DNA of 64,000 nucleotides, taken from contig CAWJWJ010000001.1 of the NCBI GenBank assembly GCA_963846575.1, forward strand, positions 256,001 through 320,000. Direction: 5' to 3'. Under the pieces are notes generated by a model. The model saw nothing but the letters and a program-made list of their open reading frames with translations, was not told the DNA's origin and ran no database searches. Both the position numbers and the translations under genes were made by a program. Positions 1 through 10,080 of this stretch are shown in pieces; the first letter of the stretch is position 1, and the number at the start of each line of letters is the position of its first letter. Source of the stretch: an uncultured Nitrospiraceae bacterium (lineage in GTDB: Bacteria; Nitrospirota; Nitrospiria; Nitrospirales; Nitrospiraceae).

Positions 1-188
1 CCAACACCGGCAACGTACGCATGCCGATCGACAGGTATTACGAGTATGACGAGGAACACCATGACCTGACCTTCGTGGATGGACAGTGGCGCCTGCGCGG
101 CAACCGTGCGAGACCAGCCGCGCATCATGCCGTTCGGCACGTCGCCGCATCCGCTGGTTTAGGGAAGGGAGCCTTATGCGTGTTGTGA
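1..188 (+). CDS. 3' end of an upstream CDS, product unknown (partial)
   Basis: Open frame from nt 3 (NTGNVRMPIDRYYEYDEEHHDLTFVDGQWRL...) to TGA at 186-188, overlapping the next ATG. Confidence 0.55.
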   Translation, partial: NTGNVRMPIDRYYEYDEEHHDLTFVDGQWRLRGNRARPAAHHAVRHVAASAGLGKGALCVL

Positions 189-1033
189 TCGCACTCGACT
201 GGTCCGAAGAGACGTTTTCTGCAGTTCGGGAGGTCGCCTATTTGTATGACCTGCAGGAGGTCATCCTGGTGCACGGCATTGACCTGGGCATGTTCCATTA
301 TCCCGTCGTCGCGGAGATGAGCAATCTGCAAGGATATGGAGAGTTCAGGAAGGCGATGGAGAGTGCGGGGCACCAATTGCTGGAGCACACCGCCGGCCTC
401 CTGCCTTCTGAGGGCGTCTCGCTCACACGCGTGTGCGAGTTTGCCAAACCGGCCTCGCTGATTCTCGACAAGGCCCGGGAGACCGGAGCGGACATGATCG
501 TGATCGGCGCCAGGAGGCAGGGCCGCGTCGGCGAGTTTGTGCTGGGCAGCGTCTCCCATCGGGTCGCGCTGCATGCGACCTGCACCACGCTCATCGTCAA
601 GGAACGCATCCGTCCCGTGACACGCGTCGTCGTGGCGGTCGAGGGACATGAAGACGGAGAGAGAATCAAAGCCTGGCTGCTCGCCCATCCCTTCAAGAGC
701 CGGGTGGACCTCACCTTCGTCAGCGTGGTACGCCCCATCCCCTCCACCGATCCGTTCAGCCTCTTCCCGCTTCAAGACTGGACGGAGATCGCCACGCGCG
801 CGGCGGAAGATCTGGTGAAGGGCCTGGCGACAGCGGTCATGGATCATCGCTATACGGTCGGCACGCAGGTCACGGTCGGGGATCCGGCCACCGTGCTGAC
901 GGAGCGGTCCCGGACGGCGGACTTGCTCGTGATCGGTTCGCACGGACGCAAGAAGCTCGAACGGTTTCTCCTCGGCAGCATCTCGCACGCGCTGTTACAC
1001 GGAGTGCCTTGCCCTGTCCTTGTTATACGGTGA
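176..1033 (+). CDS. Tandem-domain universal stress protein
   Basis: MRVVIALDWS start; two USP domains with GSVSHRV and GSHGR..LLGSISH motifs; RBS AAGGGAG. Confidence 0.9.
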   Translation: MRVVIALDWSEETFSAVREVAYLYDLQEVILVHGIDLGMFHYPVVAEMSNLQGYGEFRKAMESAGHQLLEHTAGLLPSEGVSLTRVCEFAKPASLILDKARETGADMIVIGARRQGRVGEFVLGSVSHRVALHATCTTLIVKERIRPVTRVVVAVEGHEDGERIKAWLLAHPFKSRVDLTFVSVVRPIPSTDPFSLFPLQDWTEIATRAAEDLVKGLATAVMDHRYTVGTQVTVGDPATVLTERSRTADLLVIGSHGRKKLERFLLGSISHALLHGVPCPVLVIR

Positions 1034-1071
1034 AGCAGACCTGTCCAGGCCAACCAGGAAGGAGTCGCTCA

Positions 1072-1434
1072 ATGAAAACATTCTGCATCCTGTCGGCGAT
1101 CTGTCTGGTGATTGCGGCAAGTTCGTGGGCGGCCGCACAGACGAACCGCGGCAACCCGCGAGACGGCCAGGCCATTTATGAAACACAGTGTTTACGTTGC
1201 CACGGCAACAAACTGGACGGTAACGGGCCGGAGGGAAAATATCTGATCGTGCGACCGGCCGATTTCCAATCGGTGCACTCACGGGCCAAGACCGATTGGG
1301 AACTCTTGATCACGATTGCCAACGGCGCACTGTTTAGCCCGATGCACGGATACCGTGGCAGGCTGACGGATCAGCAGATGCTGGATGTGCTCGCCTACAT
1401 CCGGACCATGGCACCGCCGGAATTCATCAGTTAA
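1072..1434 (+). CDS. Periplasmic monoheme class I cytochrome c
   Basis: Signal peptide, CLRCH, distal Met in SPMHG; RBS AGGAG. Confidence 0.9.
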   Translation: MKTFCILSAICLVIAASSWAAAQTNRGNPRDGQAIYETQCLRCHGNKLDGNGPEGKYLIVRPADFQSVHSRAKTDWELLITIANGALFSPMHGYRGRLTDQQMLDVLAYIRTMAPPEFIS

Positions 1435-1443
1435 CCGGTTGCT

Positions 1444-1842
1444 GTGGGCCAGGCGATGAGTGCGCGGCTCGTCTTTGTCTCAGGCCTGCTCATGCTGGTG
1501 TGGCCGCTGCACGGGACCAGGACCGTTCACGCGCCCGAAGACACCGTGGCCCTCGACGTCTTCGTGCGGGCCGGTGGCCCTCACTGCGACGCGGCGAATA
1601 CATTCTTGCGCCCCATTCTCACCAGCCGTCAGCTGACGACGCCGCAATATTACTGGGACCCCGGCCTCTCTACTGTGGCCTCCCTGTTCGACGCCGGGCT
1701 ACTGGTCCCCCTCGCACTGATCACGCCGGGCCGGCACCGGTGGGAAGAACAAGCAGGACGATGGTTGAATCTGCTCAGCGGCGCCGTCATGATCAGACTC
1801 GGCGTCCTCCTCATCCTCAAACCGGACCTGACGACAGGATAA
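1444..1842 (+). pseudogene. Internally deleted glutaredoxin-domain membrane protein remnant
   Basis: VFVRAGGPHC (degenerate CPHC) joined to a C-terminus GRWLNLLSGAVM..LG.LLILKP resembling that family; much shorter than expected. Confidence 0.6.
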
Positions 1843-1846
1843 TTCT

Positions 1847-4597
1847 ATGCAACGGATGCGTCCGCTCCACATACCGATTCTGCACGATGACGACCCTGAC
1901 TCGGCGCGCGCGATTTTGAGCGATGGCACGGCGGCGCTGCTGCGCATCGCGCAGCCCGACGATGCCGGCGAGTTACAGCGCTTCGTCGACCGCCTGTCGC
2001 CCGCAGCCAAACGCCACCGGTTTTTTTCCGAGTCGGCCCCTGCCGCCGACGTCATCCGCTCACTCTGCGATGTCTCGGACCCCCAACGCAGCCTGACCGT
2101 GATCGCGCTGCGCCGCCAGGAGGGCACGTTGCGCGTGATCGCCTCCGGTTCCTATCATGCGCGGGACCCGCATCAGGCCGAAGTGGCCCTGGCCGTCGAC
2201 GATCAACTTCATGGGCATGGATTGGGCACGATTCTCCTGGAGCGCCTGGCGCTGTTGGCCGTTCGCCATGGCTTCTCGAAGCTCTGGGCGGTCACCCATG
2301 CCGACAATCTGGCCATGCGGGAAGTCTTCGCCGCCTCCGGATTCACCATGGAGGAACGTATCGAGGGCGGCGACATGGAGGTCGAATTGTCATTGACGCC
2401 GACCGACCGGAGCGTCCGGCAGTCCGAGTGGCGGGAACGGCTCGCCACCACCGCCTCGCTCCACCCGCTCTTTCATCCCCGGGCCGTCGCCGTCATCGGC
2501 GCGTCGCGGAACCCGCAGAGCATCGGCTTCCGCCTGGTCGACGCGCTCCGCAGCAACGGGTTTCACGGTCGCTGTTATGCGATCAACCCGGTGGCCACCG
2601 CCATTGCCGGGGTGAAGGCCTATCCGTCGCTACGCGCTCTGCCCGAGCCGGTGGACCTGGCGGTCATTGCGGTCCCGAAGGACGCCGTTTTCTCCGTGGT
2701 GGATGAATGTGCCGAGACCGGCGTCAAAGCCCTGGTGGTCATTACGGCGGGATTCGCGGAAGTCGGAGAGGAGGGACGCCACCTGCAGGCGACACTGCTG
2801 GAGAAGGTCCGGCAACAGGGCATGCGCATGGTCGGCCCCAACTGTTTCGGCATCCTCAACACGGATCCGGCGGTCAGTCTCAACGCCACCTTCACGTCCA
2901 CCTTCCCTCTGGCCGGCCCCATAGCCATGTCCTCGCAGAGCGGCGCCTTGGGGATCGCGCTGCTCGCGGCGTCGGAACGACTGCAACTGGGCCTCTCGAC
3001 GTTCGTCAGCGTCGGCAACAAGGCGGACGTTTCGGTCAACGATCTCCTGCAATATTGGGAGAACGATCCGGCGACGAAGGTCATTCTGCTGTATGTCGAA
3101 TCGTTCGGGAATCCCAGACGGTTTGCCCGTATCGCCCGGCGCGTCAGCCGGGAAAAACCGATTGTCGTGTTAAAGGCAGGGCGCACCTCGTCGGGCCAGC
3201 GGGCCGCGGGGTCCCACACGGCGGCCCTGGCCGCCAACGACGTGGCCGTGGAAGCACTGTTTCAACAGACCGGGATTCTCCGCGCGGACACGTTAGAGGA
3301 CGTATTCGCCCTGGCAGCGGGCTTGTCCGAACAACCGCTGCCGAAGGGCAAACGGGTCGGCATCCTCACCAATGCCGGGGGACCGGCCATTCTGTGTGCA
3401 GATGCTTGTGAAGCAGGCGGCCTCGAAGTGCCGGAGTTATCCCAAGCCACGATGTCCTTGCTCTCCCCCTTCCTGCCGGCGGCCGCCGCGCTGCGCAATC
3501 CGGTCGATCTCATCGCCTCCGCCACTCCCGAGCAATACCGGCAGGCCATCGTCACGCTCCTCGCATCCGACGACATCGACGCCCTCATCATTCTCTACAT
3601 TGCGGTCGTGGCCACCGACGTGGATCCCATTGCGGAAGGCATCCGACAGGGCATTGCCTCGGCGCGGGCCATGGATCTGACGAAAAAGCCGGTGTACGTA
3701 GGCTGGATGGTGGAAACGGATCGAGATCGGAGATTGCCGGTTCTGGACGAAACCGTCCCGACCTTCAGATTGCCTGAACTGCCCGCGCGCGTCCTGGCAA
3801 AAATTGCCGGGTACGTGCAATGGCGTGAACGGCCGGCCGGCATGGTGGCCGACTTTGACGATCTCGATCTTCCCGGCGTCGCCCGCATCTGTCACGAGGC
3901 GCTCGCCGCACGTGGATCCGGCTGGCTGACCGTTGCGGAGTCACGCGCCGTCTTGACCGCGATGTCGATCCCGCTGCCGCCTGGAGCGGTGGCCACGACG
4001 GCCGGGGAAGCCGCTACGATCGCGGCCGGGATCGGATTTCCCGTCGCCGTCAAACTGGCGTCGCGGACTCTCGTTCATAAGACGGAGATCGGCGGAGTCC
4101 AGTTGAATCTGGCCACCGAGGCGGAAGTGCGTGCTGCCTACGACAAGATCGCAGCGCGGCTGGCGCAGGACAACAACCTCGAGGCGATGGAAGGGGTGCT
4201 GGTCCAGCCGATGGTGAGCGGAGGGGTGGAAGTCATGGCCGGGATGGTGCAGGACCCGGCCTTCGGCCCCCTGATCGGGTTCGGGCTCGGCGGGATCCAC
4301 GTCGAGATTCTCGGAGACGTGCGCTTTCGCATCACGCCGCTGACGGAATTGGATGCCGCCGACCTGATTCGCGGCATCAAGGGCTACCGTCTCCTGCAGG
4401 GTTATCGGGGCCATCCGCCCGGTGACGTCGATGCGATCCAGGAACTGCTGCTCAGACTTTCCCGGTTGGTGGAAGGCGTGCCTGAGATCGTGGAACTGGA
4501 CCTCAACCCGATTATTGTCATGCCGCCTGGAGAGGGTTGCAAGATCGTGGATGCGAGGATTCGCGTGGCCGGAGGGGGCCGGAATTCAACCGCCTGA
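1847..4597 (+). CDS. GNAT plus NDP-forming acyl-CoA synthetase-like fusion (Pat-type protein acetyltransferase, GNAT first)
   Basis: N-terminal GNAT (HGHGLGTILL), CoA-binding VIGASR, GPNCFG, SQSGA, AGSHTAAL, ATP-grasp ELDLNP. Confidence 0.9.
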   Translation: MQRMRPLHIPILHDDDPDSARAILSDGTAALLRIAQPDDAGELQRFVDRLSPAAKRHRFFSESAPAADVIRSLCDVSDPQRSLTVIALRRQEGTLRVIASGSYHARDPHQAEVALAVDDQLHGHGLGTILLERLALLAVRHGFSKLWAVTHADNLAMREVFAASGFTMEERIEGGDMEVELSLTPTDRSVRQSEWRERLATTASLHPLFHPRAVAVIGASRNPQSIGFRLVDALRSNGFHGRCYAINPVATAIAGVKAYPSLRALPEPVDLAVIAVPKDAVFSVVDECAETGVKALVVITAGFAEVGEEGRHLQATLLEKVRQQGMRMVGPNCFGILNTDPAVSLNATFTSTFPLAGPIAMSSQSGALGIALLAASERLQLGLSTFVSVGNKADVSVNDLLQYWENDPATKVILLYVESFGNPRRFARIARRVSREKPIVVLKAGRTSSGQRAAGSHTAALAANDVAVEALFQQTGILRADTLEDVFALAAGLSEQPLPKGKRVGILTNAGGPAILCADACEAGGLEVPELSQATMSLLSPFLPAAAALRNPVDLIASATPEQYRQAIVTLLASDDIDALIILYIAVVATDVDPIAEGIRQGIASARAMDLTKKPVYVGWMVETDRDRRLPVLDETVPTFRLPELPARVLAKIAGYVQWRERPAGMVADFDDLDLPGVARICHEALAARGSGWLTVAESRAVLTAMSIPLPPGAVATTAGEAATIAAGIGFPVAVKLASRTLVHKTEIGGVQLNLATEAEVRAAYDKIAARLAQDNNLEAMEGVLVQPMVSGGVEVMAGMVQDPAFGPLIGFGLGGIHVEILGDVRFRITPLTELDAADLIRGIKGYRLLQGYRGHPPGDVDAIQELLLRLSRLVEGVPEIVELDLNPIIVMPPGEGCKIVDARIRVAGGGRNSTA

Positions 4598-4706
4598 TCC
4601 GATAGCGTGCGTGGCAGGCGTGGAAATGGAGCGGGCGCGGTGGGGGTCGCTCCTCCGCGGCGCCGCAGCCTCACGAGTGGCCGGATGGGATTCGAGGTAG
4701 CTCACG

Positions 4707-5429
4707 TCACCGGAGGATCCGACGTCTGAGTCGCGGGATCAGCATCGTGGCCAGCATGGTCGCACCTCCCAGGCTGACGATGATCAGGGAGGAGGGTTCC
4801 GGTACCGCATAGACGGCGGCCCAGTCCGCGATGAAGTTATAATGCCGGTCGTAGAGAGTCAGGCCGGTGCCCATCAGGCTGTCCGGAACGTTCGTGAGCG
4901 AGCCGTTCGGATTGACCCCTCCTCCCGGATACTCGTCATAATTCCCCAGATAATGCCCGACCTCATGAGCCCAGGGGGCGGGGCTCCCTGTCCCGGCCGG
5001 CCAGCCACTGTACCAGTTCAGCATGTCCCCTCGTCCCGGTCCTTCTCTCACCGTGATCGCCTGGTGCGCATTCTGCCCGACAAACCGCAGGTCGAACAGA
5101 ATCGGTTGGGCAAACCGGTTACGGGTGCTCCAGATGCGCTCCGTATCGCTCTCCCAGTGCTGCTTGATGGCGGGACCCGGATCGAAGCCGGTCACTTGGA
5201 GGGCCAAGGTCACGCTGTAGCCGCTGGCTCGAGCATACCCGATATCGTAGGTGACCGGACCTCCGAATTCGTGCTGGAGACCCGCGCTGAGAAATCCCTG
5301 AATCCGCTGGACCGGAACGTCGAAGGGCAACTCGGGAATCAGCAGCGCCTGGGACGGAGCGGCACCGGGACCTCCATGGAACAGGAGCATCATCGCCAGA
5401 CATAGCAACAGAGGACGCACAACAATCAT
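4707..5429 (-). CDS. PEP-CTERM-anchored zinc metalloprotease (metzincin-like)
   Basis: Signal peptide; HEVGHYLGNYDE and Met-turn SLMG; VPEPSS, TM helix and RLRRR tail; ATG overlaps upstream TGA. Confidence 0.8.
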   Translation of the reverse strand: MIVVRPLLLCLAMMLLFHGGPGAAPSQALLIPELPFDVPVQRIQGFLSAGLQHEFGGPVTYDIGYARASGYSVTLALQVTGFDPGPAIKQHWESDTERIWSTRNRFAQPILFDLRFVGQNAHQAITVREGPGRGDMLNWYSGWPAGTGSPAPWAHEVGHYLGNYDEYPGGGVNPNGSLTNVPDSLMGTGLTLYDRHYNFIADWAAVYAVPEPSSLIIVSLGGATMLATMLIPRLRRRILR

Positions 5430-5920
5430 CTCTCCCCTCCCCATCGAAACGTGATCGCGCCGGATTCCACCGTTCCGGTCCAGGCCGCATAGCCCCACTG
5501 CGACCCGCTGTCTTGATTGTGATACTTCGCCCTGACTCGATAGTCTTCTCCCTGCGTAAACTTATCGAAGAGGTGGCGGCCGATGTCCGGAATGGTCAAG
5601 GTCACCTGCTGATTGGCATGGAGCTCGACGAAGTCCGCCTGTTCCAGCGGGGGCGGCGGTTGCGGCGGCAGCCATCGAAGCGACGTGCCCTGCGCGTTTC
5701 TGATTTCAACGATCAGGTCGGGGCCGGGATAGGCTAACCGTCTGTTGATCATGAGCGGATGTCCCGACGTGTTGACGAGTGTCATGGTGAGCTCGATCCT
5801 GTCGCCAATGCCATATGAGGCTCGATCGGCTACGAGCGAAATAGTCACAGCGGGAGAGTTCGCGAGCGCCCCACTTGTCATCAACAGCATACCCAGCGAC
5901 AGCACGAGAAATCGAATCAT
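5426..5920 (-). CDS. Secreted Ig-like/beta-sandwich hypothetical protein
   Basis: Signal peptide; ADRASYGIGDRIELTMTLVNTSG pattern; ATGA coupling to the protease gene. Confidence 0.7.
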   Translation of the reverse strand: MIRFLVLSLGMLLMTSGALANSPAVTISLVADRASYGIGDRIELTMTLVNTSGHPLMINRRLAYPGPDLIVEIRNAQGTSLRWLPPQPPPPLEQADFVELHANQQVTLTIPDIGRHLFDKFTQGEDYRVRAKYHNQDSGSQWGYAAWTGTVESGAITFRWGGER

Positions 5921-6118
5921 CGAGCCCTGCAAGATTGAACGAAAATGCAAGTGTATGGTATCACCTACACGTAGTTTTGTCCCTAGTTAATTTACGGCCC
6001 AGCCCGGGAAATCCGCCGAATGGTGCCATTTCATTGCTCTTCCACGGTCGCGAAGTCGAATGTGCCGCGCACGCTACACTTGTCAGGGCCGATCGGCCCC
6101 ATCCGTTCGGTCCGGTAC

Positions 6119-8278
6119 ATGACAGCCTTCCTGTGCACCCTGCTTGCGACTCTCCTGCTCATGGCCTGCACGGATTCTTCCAGCGAGCGGGTCGCCTATC
6201 ACAGCGGCCGTGGAGATGAGTATGCCAGGCAAGGCCGGTTCCGCGAGGCCCTCATCGAGTATAAAAATGCCTCCCTCGCATCGCCGCAGGATGCGTCGCT
6301 CCACTGGAGACTTGCCCAGGCCGCGCTTGAATGGCGAAACCTGGGAATCGCCTTGGCCGAGCTGCAACAGGTCACTCGATTGGACAGCACCCACATTGAA
6401 GCCAAACACCACCTGGGCCAGCTCTACCTGGCACGAGGGCAACGGGATCAGGCGGCCAACCTGGCGGGCGACCTCGTAAAGCATCGATCCGATAGTCCGC
6501 TCGGCTACCAACTCCAGGCCGAAATCTCCCTCTTGTCGGGCAAGGTCCAGGAGGCCCTCCACCAATTCCATCAGGCTATCGACCGTGACCCTGCGAACGT
6601 GGCCCTCATGCTGACGATTGGCAATCTCTCCATGATGCAGCCCGATCTCGAGCAGGCTCGGCACTGGTACGACCGGGCCTTGGCTGTGGCTCCCGGTTCG
6701 ACGGACGTGCATGTGGCTCGAGGCAGTTATTTCTGGCTGACCGGGCAGGCACAGACGGGAGAGGAGGAGTTCCGCAGGGCGATTGAAACCAGCTCGAATC
6801 GTGAGGCCACCCGCATGGACGTGGCCAGACAGTATCTGGCTCTCGGAAGAACCGCTGCCGCCGAGCAGGAATTGGCCGCCCTGATCGCGGACATGAACTC
6901 TCAACAGGCCCGCGCATTGCTGGCCGAATTGAAGCTCGAGGCCAACCGGCCTTGGGAGGCCAAACCACTCACGGCCGCGATGTCACAGGTGAAGGGACCG
7001 GGGCAGGATCTCCTGACAACCTATCTCGACGGCCGGATTGCCCTGGCGGAACGTCGCTTCGACGACGCGCGAACCCTGTTCACGGCAGTCCTTCAAGAGG
7101 ATCCCGGCGTTGCCCCAGCCTCCTCGTATCTGGGCATCATCGAGCTCATCCAGGGAGCACGGGAACCGGGCGAGCAGCGCTTGCGGGAGGCCATCCGGCT
7201 GACACCCAACGATCCGCGGCCGCACCTGGTCCTGGCCGATCTGTATCTGAAGGAGGACCAGGGCCCCCAAGCGGAGGAGGAGGCATTGGCCGTGCTGCGG
7301 CACCAACCCTGGAACCTGCAAGCCGCCTTGCTGTTCGGCGATTCCCATGCCATCCGCGACCACTGGGCAAAAGCCGAAGACAGCTACCGGGCCATCGCGG
7401 AACATTTCTCCTCCAGTGCCGAGGGCTATCTCAGGTTGGCGACGTTGAAACGGCGCCAGGGTCTGACCGGCGCTGCAGCGGAGTATCTGGCGCAGGCGGT
7501 GCGAGTGGCTCCGCAGGACTCGACCATCAAAGGCGACTACCTCCTGGCCTTGAACGAACTCGGACAGAACGCCAAGGCGGATCGGATCCTGAACCAATAC
7601 CTCGCCACCATGCCACGGGACCCGGGGAACTGGATCGCGGCGGGACGGTTGCACGCTGCCCGGCAGGAGGGAATGCGCGCGGAAGATTCCTTCAGCCGGG
7701 CGGTCACGCTCGCTCCCGATGATCCCCTCATTGCTTATCAGTTGTGCCGCTTCTACCTCACTACTGGACAACGGGTGAAGGCACGGCGCTGCCTGGAGCG
7801 AACCATCGACATGGACGGGTCGGTGGCCGGCATCCATACCTCCCTCGGAACCCTGTCGGCTTCGGAGGGGCGGCTCGATGATGCCAATCGCCACTATCGA
7901 CTGGCCCTCGCGCAGATGCCCACTGATCTGGTCGCGATGAATAACCTCGCGGCCATTCTGGCGGACGGGGGAAATCCTGAGGAAGGCCTGCGTTTGGCCA
8001 GACGGGCCCTCGCCTTGGCTCCGTGGGCCCCGGCCGTGCTGGATACCGCGGGGTGGATCTGTTTTAAGAATGGATTGATCGAAGAGGCCCGGTCGCTGAT
8101 GGCGAACGCCGTGGCCAAGCTCCCCGACGATCCCGTGGTGCAGTACCACTACGGGATGGTGCTCTCCGCACAGGGAGACAAGAAACTGGCCGCCACGTAT
8201 CTGCGCGAGGCCCTGGCCGCGTCCAAGCAGTTCGCCGGCTCGGATGAGGCGCTGGCGACGCTACGCGTGATCGAGTAA
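6119..8278 (+). CDS. prsT: TPR-repeat lipoprotein, PrsT-like (PEP-CTERM system)
   Basis: Lipobox LMAC; TPRs throughout; EALIEYKNA, NNLA, LDTAGW and YHYG motifs; next to exosortase. Confidence 0.8.
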   Translation: MTAFLCTLLATLLLMACTDSSSERVAYHSGRGDEYARQGRFREALIEYKNASLASPQDASLHWRLAQAALEWRNLGIALAELQQVTRLDSTHIEAKHHLGQLYLARGQRDQAANLAGDLVKHRSDSPLGYQLQAEISLLSGKVQEALHQFHQAIDRDPANVALMLTIGNLSMMQPDLEQARHWYDRALAVAPGSTDVHVARGSYFWLTGQAQTGEEEFRRAIETSSNREATRMDVARQYLALGRTAAAEQELAALIADMNSQQARALLAELKLEANRPWEAKPLTAAMSQVKGPGQDLLTTYLDGRIALAERRFDDARTLFTAVLQEDPGVAPASSYLGIIELIQGAREPGEQRLREAIRLTPNDPRPHLVLADLYLKEDQGPQAEEEALAVLRHQPWNLQAALLFGDSHAIRDHWAKAEDSYRAIAEHFSSSAEGYLRLATLKRRQGLTGAAAEYLAQAVRVAPQDSTIKGDYLLALNELGQNAKADRILNQYLATMPRDPGNWIAAGRLHAARQEGMRAEDSFSRAVTLAPDDPLIAYQLCRFYLTTGQRVKARRCLERTIDMDGSVAGIHTSLGTLSASEGRLDDANRHYRLALAQMPTDLVAMNNLAAILADGGNPEEGLRLARRALALAPWAPAVLDTAGWICFKNGLIEEARSLMANAVAKLPDDPVVQYHYGMVLSAQGDKKLAATYLREALAASKQFAGSDEALATLRVIE

Positions 8279-8335
8279 TCAGGCCTTCCGCTCGACGCGC
8301 CGCTTCGTCCGACGATCGACGCCGACCTGCCATCC

Positions 8336-9946
8336 TCAACGCGCGACAGACTCCCTGAGAAAAGGCAGCAGGACTCCGGCAAAGGCCGAGAGCAACTCGG
8401 CGCCATCCTGATCGCCCTCGTGCATGGCGGGGCCGGATAGCAGGATGAATGCACCGTGCGATCCTCCCCGCCCCAGCGCCTGGATGATCGTCGCCCATTT
8501 GGCGGCATACCGGCCGGCATAGGCCCGACCACCGATCTCATACCAGAAGAGCATCGGGCGAGTGCCGTCTCTGCTGCTCCAGGCCCCCCGGTTATGAACG
8601 AAGACGAGCTCTCGTATTTTTTCTGACCGTTCCTCGCTCATTCGGTGCAACCGGTCGAATCGCGCATCGAAGTTCACGAGTTCCCGGCCCTGCTGTTGTG
8701 CGTTGAGATACCCGACGTAGAGGTCGATGCGACGGCCCTGCGGATCCCGGTAGGTCCTGATCAACGCATGGTCCACGGCATCCAGGACCAGCAGCGGCCG
8801 GTCGCTCATCGATGGAACGGCAGTCCATTCTCCGATCCTGGTCGGGATGAGGGACAGGTCCTGCGCGGGCTCGACGGGGCCGCGATCGAAGGTCCAGAAC
8901 AGCACCGAGGCCAGCGATAACGCAATGGCGGCGACGGCCCAGGCTCGTCCGCCTGCGCCATGCCAGCGGACAGGAGTCGAGACCATGGGGGAGGAGGTCG
9001 GAGACAAGTCGGCCGTTGCCCCTCGCGACTCGACAGATGACAGTACCCACGCGCCCGCGAGCAGGCCGATGAATCCCACCCAGTCCACCGCCATCGCTTG
9101 AAACAGATGCAACGGCCCGTACAGTGCGCCGCCCCAGAAATAATTGTGCAGACCGATCAAGGCGACCCGCACCCAATTGGCCATGATGGCGATCGCGACC
9201 CCGCTGGCCACGAGGATGACGCGGCTCCACATGGACGACAGGGTCACCGAGGCCAACGGAATACCCACTGCCAGGATTGAGACCAGGAAATTAAGGCCGC
9301 TGCAGCCGGGAGCCACCTCCGCCACGACCTGTGGCAAATGGATGTAGATCCCCTCGCGAAAAGTCGGGATGCCGATCGCGTGAAGCATACTCACGGCCAT
9401 GCTGGCCGTGACGACCTGTGCGGGCAATTGCAACGGTTTGATGAGGAGGTCCAGCACCGGAACCATGAAGACCAGGTACGTGATGGGATAGGCCAGCGCA
9501 CGGAGGTACGGCCTGCCGAACAGCAGGAGCGTCATGCTCGCCAGCATCCCGATCAAGGAGAGGCCGCCAAGGGCGAGGATGCCTCCGGCCTCGCCGCCCA
9601 TGAGCATGGCCAGCGACAGGAGCATCCCGAGCAGGCCGGCGATGATCTCCGGTTCCGGCTGGAGCGCGCACAGGCGGCGCCGGCGATTCCAGATGAGGTA
9701 CAGGCTGATGAAAGGAACGAGGAGTCCGTGCGCGTAGGTGTCGCGCGACCACCAGATCTCCCACAATCCCGTCAAGGTCGAACCGTAGAGCAGGAGCGTC
9801 AGGCAGACCAGCAGCCCCAAGCGCCACCACTGTGCCGTCCCATCTTTCTCTACCCGCATGTGCAGGCCCGGCATACTCGACATCATGGAACAAGGCAACG
9901 CGTCCCGGCGCTCCGCTCCTTTATGACCGGGCATCGAGGTACTCAC
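8336..9946 (-). CDS. Exosortase (EpsH-like) with C-terminal EpsI-like domain
   Basis: TYAHGLLVP; catalytic VAPGCSG, ANWVR, H; about 8 TM; EpsI-like tail. Start uncertain. Confidence 0.9.
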   Translation of the reverse strand: MSTSMPGHKGAERRDALPCSMMSSMPGLHMRVEKDGTAQWWRLGLLVCLTLLLYGSTLTGLWEIWWSRDTYAHGLLVPFISLYLIWNRRRRLCALQPEPEIIAGLLGMLLSLAMLMGGEAGGILALGGLSLIGMLASMTLLLFGRPYLRALAYPITYLVFMVPVLDLLIKPLQLPAQVVTASMAVSMLHAIGIPTFREGIYIHLPQVVAEVAPGCSGLNFLVSILAVGIPLASVTLSSMWSRVILVASGVAIAIMANWVRVALIGLHNYFWGGALYGPLHLFQAMAVDWVGFIGLLAGAWVLSSVESRGATADLSPTSSPMVSTPVRWHGAGGRAWAVAAIALSLASVLFWTFDRGPVEPAQDLSLIPTRIGEWTAVPSMSDRPLLVLDAVDHALIRTYRDPQGRRIDLYVGYLNAQQQGRELVNFDARFDRLHRMSEERSEKIRELVFVHNRGAWSSRDGTRPMLFWYEIGGRAYAGRYAAKWATIIQALGRGGSHGAFILLSGPAMHEGDQDGAELLSAFAGVLLPFLRESVAR

Positions 9947-10080
9947 TCATCCTGTCAGGCACGGCTGCCGGATCATGACCGGCTGGATCCGGTCTGCATC
10001 ATAGGCCAAGCACGAGCATCTCGTCACCCGCGGAATTCAACGACCGCGCGGTTATCCCTTCAGAGCATTCCGCTCGTCCC

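Noticed and set aside
4676..4697. tRNA 3'-end-like string (TCGAATCCCATCCGGCCA on the minus strand)
   Set aside because: No GTTC, no cloverleaf, no integrase; too short to call a tRNA or att site.
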